Assembly (NCBI GenBank): GCA_963783885.1
Contig: CAWAPJ010000044.1
Location: 1-19,232, forward strand
From: Waddliaceae bacterium
GTDB taxonomy: Bacteria; Chlamydiota; Chlamydiia; Chlamydiales; SLFE01
Length of the DNA: 19,232 nt
Reading direction: 5' to 3'
Within the stretch, counting starts at the first letter, position 1, and the number at the start of each line of letters is the position of its first letter. Positions 8,818 to 17,311 of the stretch are shown in pieces. The position numbers and the translations under genes are program-made. The notes beneath the pieces are model-generated. The model did not search any database. It saw only the letters and a list, made by a program, of their open reading frames with translations, and was not told where the DNA came from.

Positions 8818-8890
8818 AATTATCGCTCAAAAATAAAGGAATTTAAGCCCACCTGTCTCGCTATACAGATAGGGATAAGGCCTTAGACAT

Positions 8891-8907
8891 GCTTGATTTT
8901 CCTATAC
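8891..8907 (+). other. oriIS-like terminus (copy 1)
   Basis: GCTTGATTTTCCTATAC resembles the IS91/IS1294/ISCR oriIS consensus G.TT....TTCCTATAC. Identity between the two copies stops 2 nt later. Confidence 0.75.
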
Positions 8908-8991
8908 TTAATCACGGGGTGAAAAGTTAACTGTTGGCAAAGTTGATGTTAGATTGTTATAGATTTTTAAAAAAAGGCTTAGCCGTTAACT

Positions 8992-10377
8992 TTATGATAT
9001 GATTTCACCATCTGTGATTTTCCCAAGTATTGTAGCATTTCCTAGCAGTTTAATCTTACCTATACAATTATTATCAAAAACAACATTTTCTATGGATCCT
9101 CCCTCAATTTCAAGGGTAACTTCAGTTTTGCTTGTTGCTTTTGATTTTGAAGAGACTAGTTTAACACCAGAAGGGGGTTGAAGACATTCGAACTTTCCAT
9201 GCGAGATACGAAATTTCCCACCATTATAGTTTATAGTTCCACCTACTGACCCGACTATGCCATAAATTTCATTTTCAAGTTCATCTAAGGTCATCTCCTT
9301 TAGTTGCCTTCCGGCTTTAAAAGGCAGATATTGACCACTTTGAATATCTTTTATAAATACATGCCCATTTATTGAAACCTCCTTTTTCCCACCTAAGAGA
9401 TCTGCTAATTTTGCATATTCATCCGGCAGAGGCTTATCGCCATCGATTTTAGCACCTTCTATATTAATCTCATCACGCTTAACCACTGAGCCTAGATTGA
9501 CGGCACGGCTCACTGATGGAAAAAGAGAAGAAAGAAGCGGTGTTTTTTTCGGTTCAATTTTTACAATTATCAATGATTTAATTGAACTTTCGTGTAGGGT
9601 TATCTTTCCAGGCATTTTTGAATCCACCTGTAGAAACAGCTTTTCAATACGACTATTTTGAGAGGAAAATTCTTGTTTACAGGCAACTTCTCCGGTAATT
9701 TTTGAGTTTTTAAGTTTCGCACTATGATTAGCCACGCTAACAAACCTTGCAGTAACGCCATCTAACTCCACACCCGCTTCGGCTTCTAAAGAGAGAAATT
9801 GATACGATTCAGATTTGTTCCAAGTAACATGCAGAGCCCCACGTTCCACCAAAACTTCCTCTGCGATTGAATCGACTAAAGTAGCGCCAAATCTAGCTTT
9901 GACATTCTTCAATGTGGAATTTTGTGCTTCCAAGTAACCCTTACTCGCTTCACAGTCAATGGCTTTAGTATTTTTTAATGTAATATTCGTACCAGCGACA
10001 ACTAAGTCAGCGCTTCCATTTATTATTTGAACTTTTCCTTTGAAACATTTAACATATTTTGCTTTGATGTTGGTTAAAGATATACTCTCATTCGCGTATA
10101 TGAGCGGCTTAAGTGAATATGAGCAATTCTCATGCCATCCTGACCACATCACTGCCCCGTAAGAATCGACAACACTTGCCGCAGTTGAGGTTAGATGCAC
10201 TTCAAGCATACCTTTAACATGATTCAGAATACTATCTCGTACAATAACCTTTCCTAATCTTCCCGCCAGGGCCATCCCCTTTACGATGATATTTTTGTTA
10301 TCATCACTATTTTCGCTTAGGATGTGATCACCTTCAAAAATCTTATATTGTGTGGTATCGATGCCGCTCAGGTTCAT
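8992..10377 (-). CDS. Hypothetical 461-aa protein, probable beta-solenoid repeat region
   Basis: Long intact ORF with no obvious signal peptide. The central part has recurring ~15-17 aa beta-strand-like units (ISLTNIKAKYVKCFKG, ITLKNTKAIDCEASKG, LEAQNSTLKNVKARFG). Confidence 0.8.
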   Translation of the reverse strand: MNLSGIDTTQYKIFEGDHILSENSDDNKNIIVKGMALAGRLGKVIVRDSILNHVKGMLEVHLTSTAASVVDSYGAVMWSGWHENCSYSLKPLIYANESISLTNIKAKYVKCFKGKVQIINGSADLVVAGTNITLKNTKAIDCEASKGYLEAQNSTLKNVKARFGATLVDSIAEEVLVERGALHVTWNKSESYQFLSLEAEAGVELDGVTARFVSVANHSAKLKNSKITGEVACKQEFSSQNSRIEKLFLQVDSKMPGKITLHESSIKSLIIVKIEPKKTPLLSSLFPSVSRAVNLGSVVKRDEINIEGAKIDGDKPLPDEYAKLADLLGGKKEVSINGHVFIKDIQSGQYLPFKAGRQLKEMTLDELENEIYGIVGSVGGTINYNGGKFRISHGKFECLQPPSGVKLVSSKSKATSKTEVTLEIEGGSIENVVFDNNCIGKIKLLGNATILGKITDGEIIS

Positions 10378-10483
10378 GATTTTTCCTATATTTTTGAATT
10401 TTCATGTCATTTATGACGGAATAATAAATCCTGTATGTTTTTAGCACAAGAAAATCTACTATAACCCTGATTGCTACCTAAAC

Positions 10484-10606
10484 TTGTTGTTAAAGTCTTT
10501 CGTTGGATTCAGATGCGTAGACTCGATTTGAAGGCAAGGGTAATCCCTTGCCGATAATCGAGGCTTAGAAGATGAATTCAATGAAAGATTTTAACGACAA
10601 CAGTCT
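10484..10606 (+). repeat. Palindromic element B (long nested hairpin)
   Basis: 28-bp arms at 10484-10511 / 10573-10600, inner ctcgatt/aatcgag, and apex ggcaaggg-taat-cccttgcc (10533-10552). It ends in ...cagtct. Confidence 0.85.
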
Positions 10607-10641
10607 CTATGATACTTCCTTAGCCAAAAAAAGGGGGCATC

Positions 10642-11058
10642 ATGGAAACTTACGCAACAACAGTTTATGTCATCAGCGAAGAAATCCTTCGAATTTTGGG
10701 GATTAAAGACGATCCTCAATCTCAAATGTCCAACGCAGAAGTGATAACTTTTGCTTTTTTATCAGCAAAATATTTTTCTTGTAACTATAAAATGTCCAGA
10801 TATTTATGTAAAAGATTACGATTATTCAGAGCTATTTTAAGCAATAGCCGGCTAAATCGCCGAATTCATAAAATTCCTTGGATTTGTTGGAACGCCACTT
10901 TCCGTTTTTTAGCTCTATTTTTTAAGCAAATAAATAAAGATCAGGGTTTTGCTATAGACAGCTTTCCAGTTTCATATTGTCAGAAAAATAGAATCGATAA
11001 ACGGAAGGTTTTTCTAGAACGAAGGTATTTAGGTTTCGCAGCTTCTAAAAAGCGTTAC
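10642..11058 (+). pseudogene. IS982-family DDE transposase, 3'-truncated
   Basis: Motifs MSNAEVIT, LSNSRLNRRIH, FAIDSFPV..C.K.RI and GFAASKKRY are present. The remaining ORF tail (ERDPDVRSALPSP) comes from the IS91 fragment. Confidence 0.85.
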
Positions 11059-11061
11059 GAG

Positions 11062-11456
11062 CGAGATCCAGATGTTCGATCCGCCCTACCCTCCCCCTGA
11101 AATGAACATCTGCCAGCTGCTGCCCTGGACAGAGGATGGGTTTTCCCAGGTAGAAGATCGCACTCTAGGAGAATGGGGCCCAGATCCTCCAACCATAGAT
11201 CCGCCCCATTGGACAGACAACATCGACCCACCTTTTTGGGAAGATTGAACCAAATACGATAATCGCTCCAGAAGGGACTCGATACCTTTTGCTCTCATTC
11301 GCACCCAAATCAGACATATCTCTGCCAAAAATCTGGAAGAAAACCTCAAATTGACAATTTGAGGCTAATTATCGCTCAAAAATAAAGGAATTTAAGCCCA
11401 CCTGTCTCGCTATACAGATAGGGATAAGGCCTTAGACATGCTTGATTTTCCTATAC
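11062..11456 (+). mobile_element. Second IS91-like 3' end (last ~60 transposase codons plus oriIS)
   Basis: Direct repeat of 8514-8907 (about 27 substitutions and 1 indel by manual count). It encodes ...DPPTIDPPHWTDNIDPPFWED* (TGA at 11246-11248) and ends cttgattttcctatac. Confidence 0.9.
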
Positions 11457-11502
11457 TTCGGCGGGATCATCCTCAAGCATGACAGGCCCCTTCGGGCGGC
11501 CT

Positions 11503-12705
11503 TTACCCGCCGCAGATGACATTCTCGGCTGGTTCTTTCGCCTCCAACCGATACATTCCCGATATCAGGAAAGAGCCGATGAGGGCAAGCGACAGGATGG
11601 CGCATGCGATCGGAAAAAGCGATCCGTTGTAGATGACGCTGATCAGCCACATGGTCGCCGAGCACATAAACATCCTCATGAACATCAGAGCCGATGACGA
11701 GAGTCCTTTCATTTCGGGGAAAATTTCCATGGAATCGGTAAAGACCGAGGTGTAAATGAGCGCGGAACCGACGCTGTATACGGACATGAAAAGGGTAATC
11801 AGCGCCGCGGAGCCGGGATAGGCGAAAGATTGCAGGACAAGGGCGGCTGCCGATAGCGTCGTCAGCAGGGCGCCGGCGATGACGGAGGTTTTGCTGCCGA
11901 TGATCTTGAGGATTCTTCCAGAAAAGAAGCTGACGAGGGAGAAGGAAGCGACAACGAAGCCTTGATAAAGCGAGTATTGGATGACCGAGGTCCCGATCTG
12001 GTCGATGTAGAGGAAGGAGCCGCACCCTAAAAAAGCGAGGTAGCCGGAAACAATGATGCTCGGAATGAAGGAGTAGGTCATAAATTTCCTGCTGGTGAAT
12101 AGGGTGAGGTATTGGCCCGCCGTTTTTTTAGGCCTCCAGGGATCGAAATCGGGTTTGGTTTCAGGGATGAAGAGGGAGATCAAAATGAGGGTGGTCAAGC
12201 TGATTAGCGCTACGGAAGAGTAATTGGCTCTCCAGCCGAGATAGTGGTTGATGAAACCGCCGGCGACAGGGGCTATGGCCATTGAGGCTGTGATGATCGA
12301 GTTTAAAATGCCGTTGAACCGGGCCGCCTTTTCCCCCTGGTAGGTATCGGCGACCATGGCGATGGCGATAATCGAGGTGGCGCTGGCTCCGAACCCCTGA
12401 AAAAAGCGGCAGGCGATAATCCAGTCTATGGACTGCCCAAGGGCGCATCCTAGACCTCCCAGTGTGAAAAGGATGTTTCCGAGGATGAGCATCCTCCTCC
12501 TTCCGAAACTCTCGGAGAGGGGGCCCCAAATGAGGCTGGAGAGGCAAAATCCTAAGAAGTTGAGGCTGAGCGTCCATTGAATCATATCCTCTGACGTGCC
12601 GAAATACCGGGCCATATCGGGAAATCCTGGAACCGAGATATCGACCTCGATGCAGCAACCGATAAGAGACAGAATTAATAGTATTGGAAGCAGTTTTTTA
12701 TTCAT
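11503..12705 (-). CDS. Bcr/CflA (DHA1) family MFS efflux transporter
   Basis: 400 aa with ~12 hydrophobic segments. Motifs D...PGFP, WGPLSESFGRRR (motif A), RFFQGFGAS and AP..GG......GWR are present. Confidence 0.92.
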   Translation of the reverse strand: MNKKLLPILLILSLIGCCIEVDISVPGFPDMARYFGTSEDMIQWTLSLNFLGFCLSSLIWGPLSESFGRRRMLILGNILFTLGGLGCALGQSIDWIIACRFFQGFGASATSIIAIAMVADTYQGEKAARFNGILNSIITASMAIAPVAGGFINHYLGWRANYSSVALISLTTLILISLFIPETKPDFDPWRPKKTAGQYLTLFTSRKFMTYSFIPSIIVSGYLAFLGCGSFLYIDQIGTSVIQYSLYQGFVVASFSLVSFFSGRILKIIGSKTSVIAGALLTTLSAAALVLQSFAYPGSAALITLFMSVYSVGSALIYTSVFTDSMEIFPEMKGLSSSALMFMRMFMCSATMWLISVIYNGSLFPIACAILSLALIGSFLISGMYRLEAKEPAENVICGG

Positions 12706-12716
12706 AATAAAAGAAA

Positions 12717-12746
12717 ATTATATTATAATTAATTGTTAATTGTCAA
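12717..12746 (-). promoter_or_regulatory. Sigma70/66-type promoter for the MFS gene
   Basis: The minus strand has TTGACA (12746-12741), an 18-nt spacer and TATAAT (12722-12717), 11 nt upstream of the ATG. Confidence 0.6.
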
Positions 12747-12761
12747 TTAATATTTTTCATT

Positions 12762-13022
12762 ATGAATATTGATTTAGAAAGCCAAAGACCCCATTTTTCG
12801 ACAGAGGTCGGATCGATCGTTAGGAATGGTTTGCTTGCAGTTGGTTGTTTTACCGCATCCATTAGCTGGGGATGCATCATTTACGATATTATGGGCGGAG
12901 ATGCCGATGAGGCAGCCCGGGATTTATATATCGGATTCTTAGGTTTTTCCGTCTTGACGGCCGGCAGCTTCCTGGCGGTCGAAATCACCGAAATTTGGGA
13001 CCGCGCCTTCAGCCGGGAATGA
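12762..13022 (+). CDS. Small hypothetical membrane protein (86 aa, two hydrophobic segments)
   Basis: ATG start after an AT-rich intergenic region; two TM-like stretches separated by an acidic loop. Confidence 0.5.
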   Translation: MNIDLESQRPHFSTEVGSIVRNGLLAVGCFTASISWGCIIYDIMGGDADEAARDLYIGFLGFSVLTAGSFLAVEITEIWDRAFSRE

Positions 13023-13025
13023 AAT

Positions 13026-13067
13026 ATCCTGAAAATCGTCCCGGCTATCGAGAATAATGATCGGCAG
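13026..13067. repeat. 42-bp direct repeat, left copy
   Basis: atcctgaaaatcgtcccggctatcgagaataatgatcggcag matches 18963-19004 at 40/42. Confidence 0.9.
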
Positions 13068-13075
13068 AATTCCTC

Positions 13076-13105
13076 TTGACGAAAGCCCCTTTTTTATGGT
13101 TTAGT
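13076..13105 (+). promoter_or_regulatory. Possible promoter for the RND operon
   Basis: TTGACG (13076-13081), an 18-nt spacer containing TG, then TTTAGT (13100-13105). Confidence 0.35.
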
Positions 13106-13113
13106 CCCATGCT

Positions 13114-14223
13114 ATGGGGAGACTATTTTTTGTCCTAGTATTTGTACTCATGTCTTCATGTTCACAAAAAAAAGGAACGGAAGAGCACAAGACCCGAAAA
13201 GTCACGGTGGTTACTGTTGAAAAACAGGATGTGCCAGTGAGCTACGACTTTGTCGCGAGCACGCAAAGCTCCCGCGAGGTCGATATCCAAGCGAGGGTCA
13301 GCGGTTTTCTCGAAAAACGGGTCTACACCGAGGGGGAGATCGTCAATGAAGGGCAGATCCTCTTTTTGATGGATAAAAAACCCTTTAAAGCGCAAGTCGC
13401 CGCCGCTCAAGCAGCATTAGAGGCAAAAAAGGCGGTCCAAAAGACGGCAAAACTCAATTTGGACCGTACAAAACCTCTGACAAAGCTAAATGCCCTCTCG
13501 CAGAAAGATCTCGACGATGCGATCGGCGAGTACGACTCGGCTACCGCCGGAGTCCATGAGGCTCAGGCCAATCTGATCACAGCAAAGCTCAACCTGTCGT
13601 ATTGTACAATCACATCCCCTCTCCATGGGATTACCAGCTCGGCAAAGGAGCAGGATGGATCATATCTCAATGTGACCAACAATCTGCTCACAACCGTATC
13701 CCAACTCGACCCTATCTGGGTGAATTTCAGCATTTCGGAAATGCAGATGCAGGCTTTTCGCAATGAATTCAAAAAAGGGACCTTGATTCGGCCCAAAAAC
13801 GATGAATATGCCGTCCAAGTGATCTTGATCGATGGGAAGCCTTTTCCCCATACGGGAATGATCACATTTACCGAACCTTACTTTAATCCCCAAACGGGAA
13901 CCTTCCTCATCCGGGCAAGCGTCATAAATCCAGAGGGCATCCTCCGTCCAAACCAGTTTGTAACGGCGCGGGTCAAGGGGTTAATCCGCCCCGATGCGAT
14001 CTTGGTCCCCCAAAAAGCGGTGGCTCAATCGGCAAAAGGGCACTATGTGTGGACCGTTTCGAAGGAGAATACGGTGGAATTCCGCCCTGTTGAGGTGGGG
14101 ATGTGGTTTGGGGAGGACTGGTTCATCAACCAAGGGCTTTTTCCGGGGGATCGGGTGGTTGTAGATGGAGGGCAAAACCTCAGCGGGGGAGAAAAGGTAG
14201 ATGTCGAAGTTCTTCATCTATAG
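13114..14223 (+). CDS. RND efflux periplasmic adaptor (MFP, AcrA/MexA-like lipoprotein)
   Basis: Lipobox-like VLMSSC; motifs VDIQARVSGFL, LNLSYCTITSPLHG, TGTFLIRA...NP.G.LRP.QF and GL.PGDRVVVDG. Confidence 0.95.
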   Translation: MGRLFFVLVFVLMSSCSQKKGTEEHKTRKVTVVTVEKQDVPVSYDFVASTQSSREVDIQARVSGFLEKRVYTEGEIVNEGQILFLMDKKPFKAQVAAAQAALEAKKAVQKTAKLNLDRTKPLTKLNALSQKDLDDAIGEYDSATAGVHEAQANLITAKLNLSYCTITSPLHGITSSAKEQDGSYLNVTNNLLTTVSQLDPIWVNFSISEMQMQAFRNEFKKGTLIRPKNDEYAVQVILIDGKPFPHTGMITFTEPYFNPQTGTFLIRASVINPEGILRPNQFVTARVKGLIRPDAILVPQKAVAQSAKGHYVWTVSKENTVEFRPVEVGMWFGEDWFINQGLFPGDRVVVDGGQNLSGGEKVDVEVLHL

Positions 14224-17200
14224 GCCCATATTTGCAACGGTCGTCGCCTTGATCATTGTGATCGCCGGACTTCTTTCCATGTTGAATCTCTCCGTCTCGC
14301 AATACCCGACGATTACCCCCGTCCAAATCCAAGTCACGACAACCTACCCCGGCGCCGACTCCAAAACTGTGGGGGAATCGGTCGCTGCACCGATCGAAGC
14401 AGAGATCAACGGGGTAGAGAATATGCTCTATATGACCTCTACAAGCTCCAATACAGGGCAGATGACAATATCCGTATACTTCAGCCTTGATACCGACCCC
14501 GATATCGCCCAAGTTCTCGTCCAAAACAGGGTCAATCTCGCAATGCCTCAGCTCCCCCAAGCGGTCAAACAGTTCGGGGTCTCAGTGAAGAAGCAATCCT
14601 CCAGTACGTTGATGCTCGTCGCCGTTTACAACAAAGACGGCCGCTACAGCGATGAGTATGTCAACACCTATGCCAATGTCTACATCCTCGATGCTATCAA
14701 GAGAGTCGATGGGGCGGGGCAAGCTCAAATCTTCGGGATCCCCGATCAGGCGATGCGGATTTGGCTCAACCCCGACCGGATGGCATCGCTTAAGATCACG
14801 ACGACCGAGATCAAAAACGCTGTCTCAGGACAAAATGCCCTCATTGGGGCAGGGCAAATCGGCGCGCAACCCTCTATCCCCGACCAACAGCTGACCATCC
14901 CTGTGATCACCCAGCTCCCCTTTACAGAACCCCATGAATACGAAAACATCATCTTGCGGACCAACCAAGATGGAACGGCGATCGTGAGGCTGGGCGATGT
15001 CGCGCGTGCCGAGGTGGGAAGAAAGCAGTACATCGGCAACAACTTCTACAATGGAACCCAAGCAGCTGCGATTGTGGTCTACCAACAGCCCGGCGCCAAC
15101 GGCCTCGATGTCTCAAACGGGGTGCGGAAAACCCTGGAAAATCTCAAATCGTCCCTTCCCGACGGGATCGAATACGCAATTGCCCTCGACACGACCGAGT
15201 TTGTCAAAATTTCGATCAAAGAGGTGATCAAAACCCTGTTCATTGCGGCTCTTTTAGTGACTTTTGTCGTCTATATGTTCCTCCAAACGTTCAAGGCAAC
15301 TCTCATCTGCATTGCGGCGATCCTCGTCTCGCTGATCGGAACCTTTATCGGAATGCTCGCCCTCGGATTTTCAATCAATCTCCTGACTTTGTTTGCTATG
15401 GTGCTGGCTATCGGAATGGTAGTCGATGACGCGATTGTCGTGGTGGAGAATGTCGAGAGAAACCTAAAAAATATCTCTCCCAAAGAAGCGGCCGTCAAAG
15501 CGATGGGGGAGGTAGCCGCTCCCGTGGTCGCCGTCGTACTGGTCTTAAGCGCCGTTTTTATCCCCGCAGCCTTTATCCCCGGGACGACAGGACAGCTCTA
15601 TAAACAGTTTGCCATTACTATTGTGGTCTCTGTGACCCTTTCGGGATTTACGGCGCTCACTCTCACCCCTGCAATGTGCGGAGTTCTTCTGCGTGATGAG
15701 GAGAAAGGAAAAAAAGGATTTTTCGGCTTCTTCAACAGGGCTTTTGATCGGATGACAGGGTGGTATGGTTCCTCAATTGAATTCGTAATCAGAAGAAAAT
15801 GGGTTTTTTTGGCCCTTCTTGGGGGGATGCTGTATGGGATTTTCCACCTCTTTTCCATCCTTCCGTCGAGCTTTATCCCCAATGAGGACCAAGGGTATGT
15901 CTTCACCCAAGTAGTCATGCCCGATGGGGCGAGCATGGTGAGAACCCAGGAAACAACAGCGAAAGTCGATGCCCTCTACGCAAGCAATCCCGCGGTGGCC
16001 TCTCGGACCGTCATCAATGGATACAGTTTAATCGACAGCCAATACCTCCCGAATATGTCGTCGATGTTCATCGCATTCAAAGGTTTTGAGGAGCGGTACA
16101 AAAATATCGCCACCGCCAAAAAGGAGAACGCTAAGGCCGTCCTGCTCGATATCTATAAAGAGTCGCAAGACATTTTAACCGGGATCACCATCCCCGTCGC
16201 CCCTCCCGCTATCCCTGGAATCGGCTCTACAGGGGGTTTTCAATTTTGGATCCAGGACCAAGGGAATGGGAATCCGCTCGATCTGGCCAACATTTTGGAA
16301 ACGTTTATGAAAAAAGCGGCCGAGAGAGAAGAACTCTCAAATCTTCGGACTACCTATAAGGCTACCTCTCAGCAGCTGAAGGCAAATCTCAACCGTCCCT
16401 TAGCCCTTCTGCTCGGGGTGCCGGTACAAGATGTCTACGACACGCTGCAAGCGCAGCTCGGATCGATCCAAGTGAGCCAATACCAAAAGTATAGCCGCAC
16501 ATGGGATGTGATGATCCAGTCGGATGCGGAATATAGGCAATCCCCGGAGGATATCAACCGCCTCTATACAAAATCCACTAATGGAAAGATGGTCCCCATT
16601 ACAGGGCTGATCACCATGGAAGCGACGATGGGACCCGACCTTCTCCCCCATTTCAACGGATTCCCCGCCGCCCAAATCACAGGAGGAGCTGCTGCCGGAT
16701 ATAGCTCGGGGCAGGCAATGGCAGCGATGGAGGAGGTCGCCAAAGAGATACTTCCCCAAGGGTATGGGTTTGCCTGGTCGGGGATGGCCTACCAAGAAAA
16801 AGCATCGGGCGGAAGCTCTGCAGCCGCCTTCGCCTTTGGAGTCTTGATCGTCTTTTTGATCCTTGCCGCTCAATTTGAATCGTGGTCGCTGCCGGGAGCG
16901 GTAATGACCGCTGTTCCTTTTGGCATCATCGGCGCACTCATCGCCACCTATTTGCGCGGTCTCGATAACGATATCTATTTTCAAATCGGCCTCCTCGTCC
17001 TCGTTGGGCTTGCGGCGAAAAACGCGATTTTGATAGTCGAATTTGCCGTCGAACTCAAAGAGCAAGGGAAAACCCTCTTAGAATCTGCCGTGGAGGCTGG
17101 AAAACTCCGTTTGCGCCCCATCATCATGACCTCCCTCGCCTTTATTTTTGGTATTTTTCCTCTCGTCATCGCTATGGGAGCGGGGGCAAACGCCCGCCAC

Positions 17201-17311
17201 TCCATTGGAACCGGAATTTTAGGAGGGATGATCGGCGCTTCTACCCTCGCTCTTCTCTACGTGCCTCTTTTTTACTTTATATTTGAAAAATTAGGAGGAC
17301 GAAAAAGATGA
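14201..17311 (+). CDS. HAE1-family RND efflux permease (AcrB/MexB-like)
   Basis: 1036 aa starting MSKFFIYRPIFA. Proton-relay motifs GMVVDDAIVVVENVER, GLAAKNAILIVEFA and RLRPIIMTS are intact. Confidence 0.97.
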   Translation: MSKFFIYRPIFATVVALIIVIAGLLSMLNLSVSQYPTITPVQIQVTTTYPGADSKTVGESVAAPIEAEINGVENMLYMTSTSSNTGQMTISVYFSLDTDPDIAQVLVQNRVNLAMPQLPQAVKQFGVSVKKQSSSTLMLVAVYNKDGRYSDEYVNTYANVYILDAIKRVDGAGQAQIFGIPDQAMRIWLNPDRMASLKITTTEIKNAVSGQNALIGAGQIGAQPSIPDQQLTIPVITQLPFTEPHEYENIILRTNQDGTAIVRLGDVARAEVGRKQYIGNNFYNGTQAAAIVVYQQPGANGLDVSNGVRKTLENLKSSLPDGIEYAIALDTTEFVKISIKEVIKTLFIAALLVTFVVYMFLQTFKATLICIAAILVSLIGTFIGMLALGFSINLLTLFAMVLAIGMVVDDAIVVVENVERNLKNISPKEAAVKAMGEVAAPVVAVVLVLSAVFIPAAFIPGTTGQLYKQFAITIVVSVTLSGFTALTLTPAMCGVLLRDEEKGKKGFFGFFNRAFDRMTGWYGSSIEFVIRRKWVFLALLGGMLYGIFHLFSILPSSFIPNEDQGYVFTQVVMPDGASMVRTQETTAKVDALYASNPAVASRTVINGYSLIDSQYLPNMSSMFIAFKGFEERYKNIATAKKENAKAVLLDIYKESQDILTGITIPVAPPAIPGIGSTGGFQFWIQDQGNGNPLDLANILETFMKKAAEREELSNLRTTYKATSQQLKANLNRPLALLLGVPVQDVYDTLQAQLGSIQVSQYQKYSRTWDVMIQSDAEYRQSPEDINRLYTKSTNGKMVPITGLITMEATMGPDLLPHFNGFPAAQITGGAAAGYSSGQAMAAMEEVAKEILPQGYGFAWSGMAYQEKASGGSSAAAFAFGVLIVFLILAAQFESWSLPGAVMTAVPFGIIGALIATYLRGLDNDIYFQIGLLVLVGLAAKNAILIVEFAVELKEQGKTLLESAVEAGKLRLRPIIMTSLAFIFGIFPLVIAMGAGANARHSIGTGILGGMIGASTLALLYVPLFYFIFEKLGGRKR

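Larger units (their letters stand above)
7960..8907 (+). mobile_element. IS91/ISCR-like rolling-circle element, 5'-truncated, with oriIS end
   Basis: A Y2_Tnp-type transposase fragment is followed by ~200 bp of non-coding sequence ending gcttgattttcctatac. Confidence 0.85.
10464..11060 (+). mobile_element. IS982-family remnant (left end plus 5' half of transposase)
   Basis: Probable left inverted repeat accctgattgctaccta (10464-10480, ACCC terminus). The transposase N-terminus is interrupted at ~11060. Confidence 0.75.

Noticed and set aside
8969..8987. Intrinsic terminator after the 461-aa gene
   Set aside because: A U-tract is present on the minus strand, but the stem is only ~3 bp, which is too weak to call.
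11086..11349. 87-aa minus-strand ORF
   Set aside because: It is antisense of the IS91-like 3' end.
11484..11502. Terminator for the MFS gene (aggccccttcgggcggcct)
   Set aside because: A bulged hairpin exists, but there is no U-tract in the MFS direction.
11432..12658. Alternative-frame ORFs of 197, 72 and 165 aa over the MFS gene
   Set aside because: These Arg/Pro-rich off-frame translations are typical of GC-rich coding DNA.
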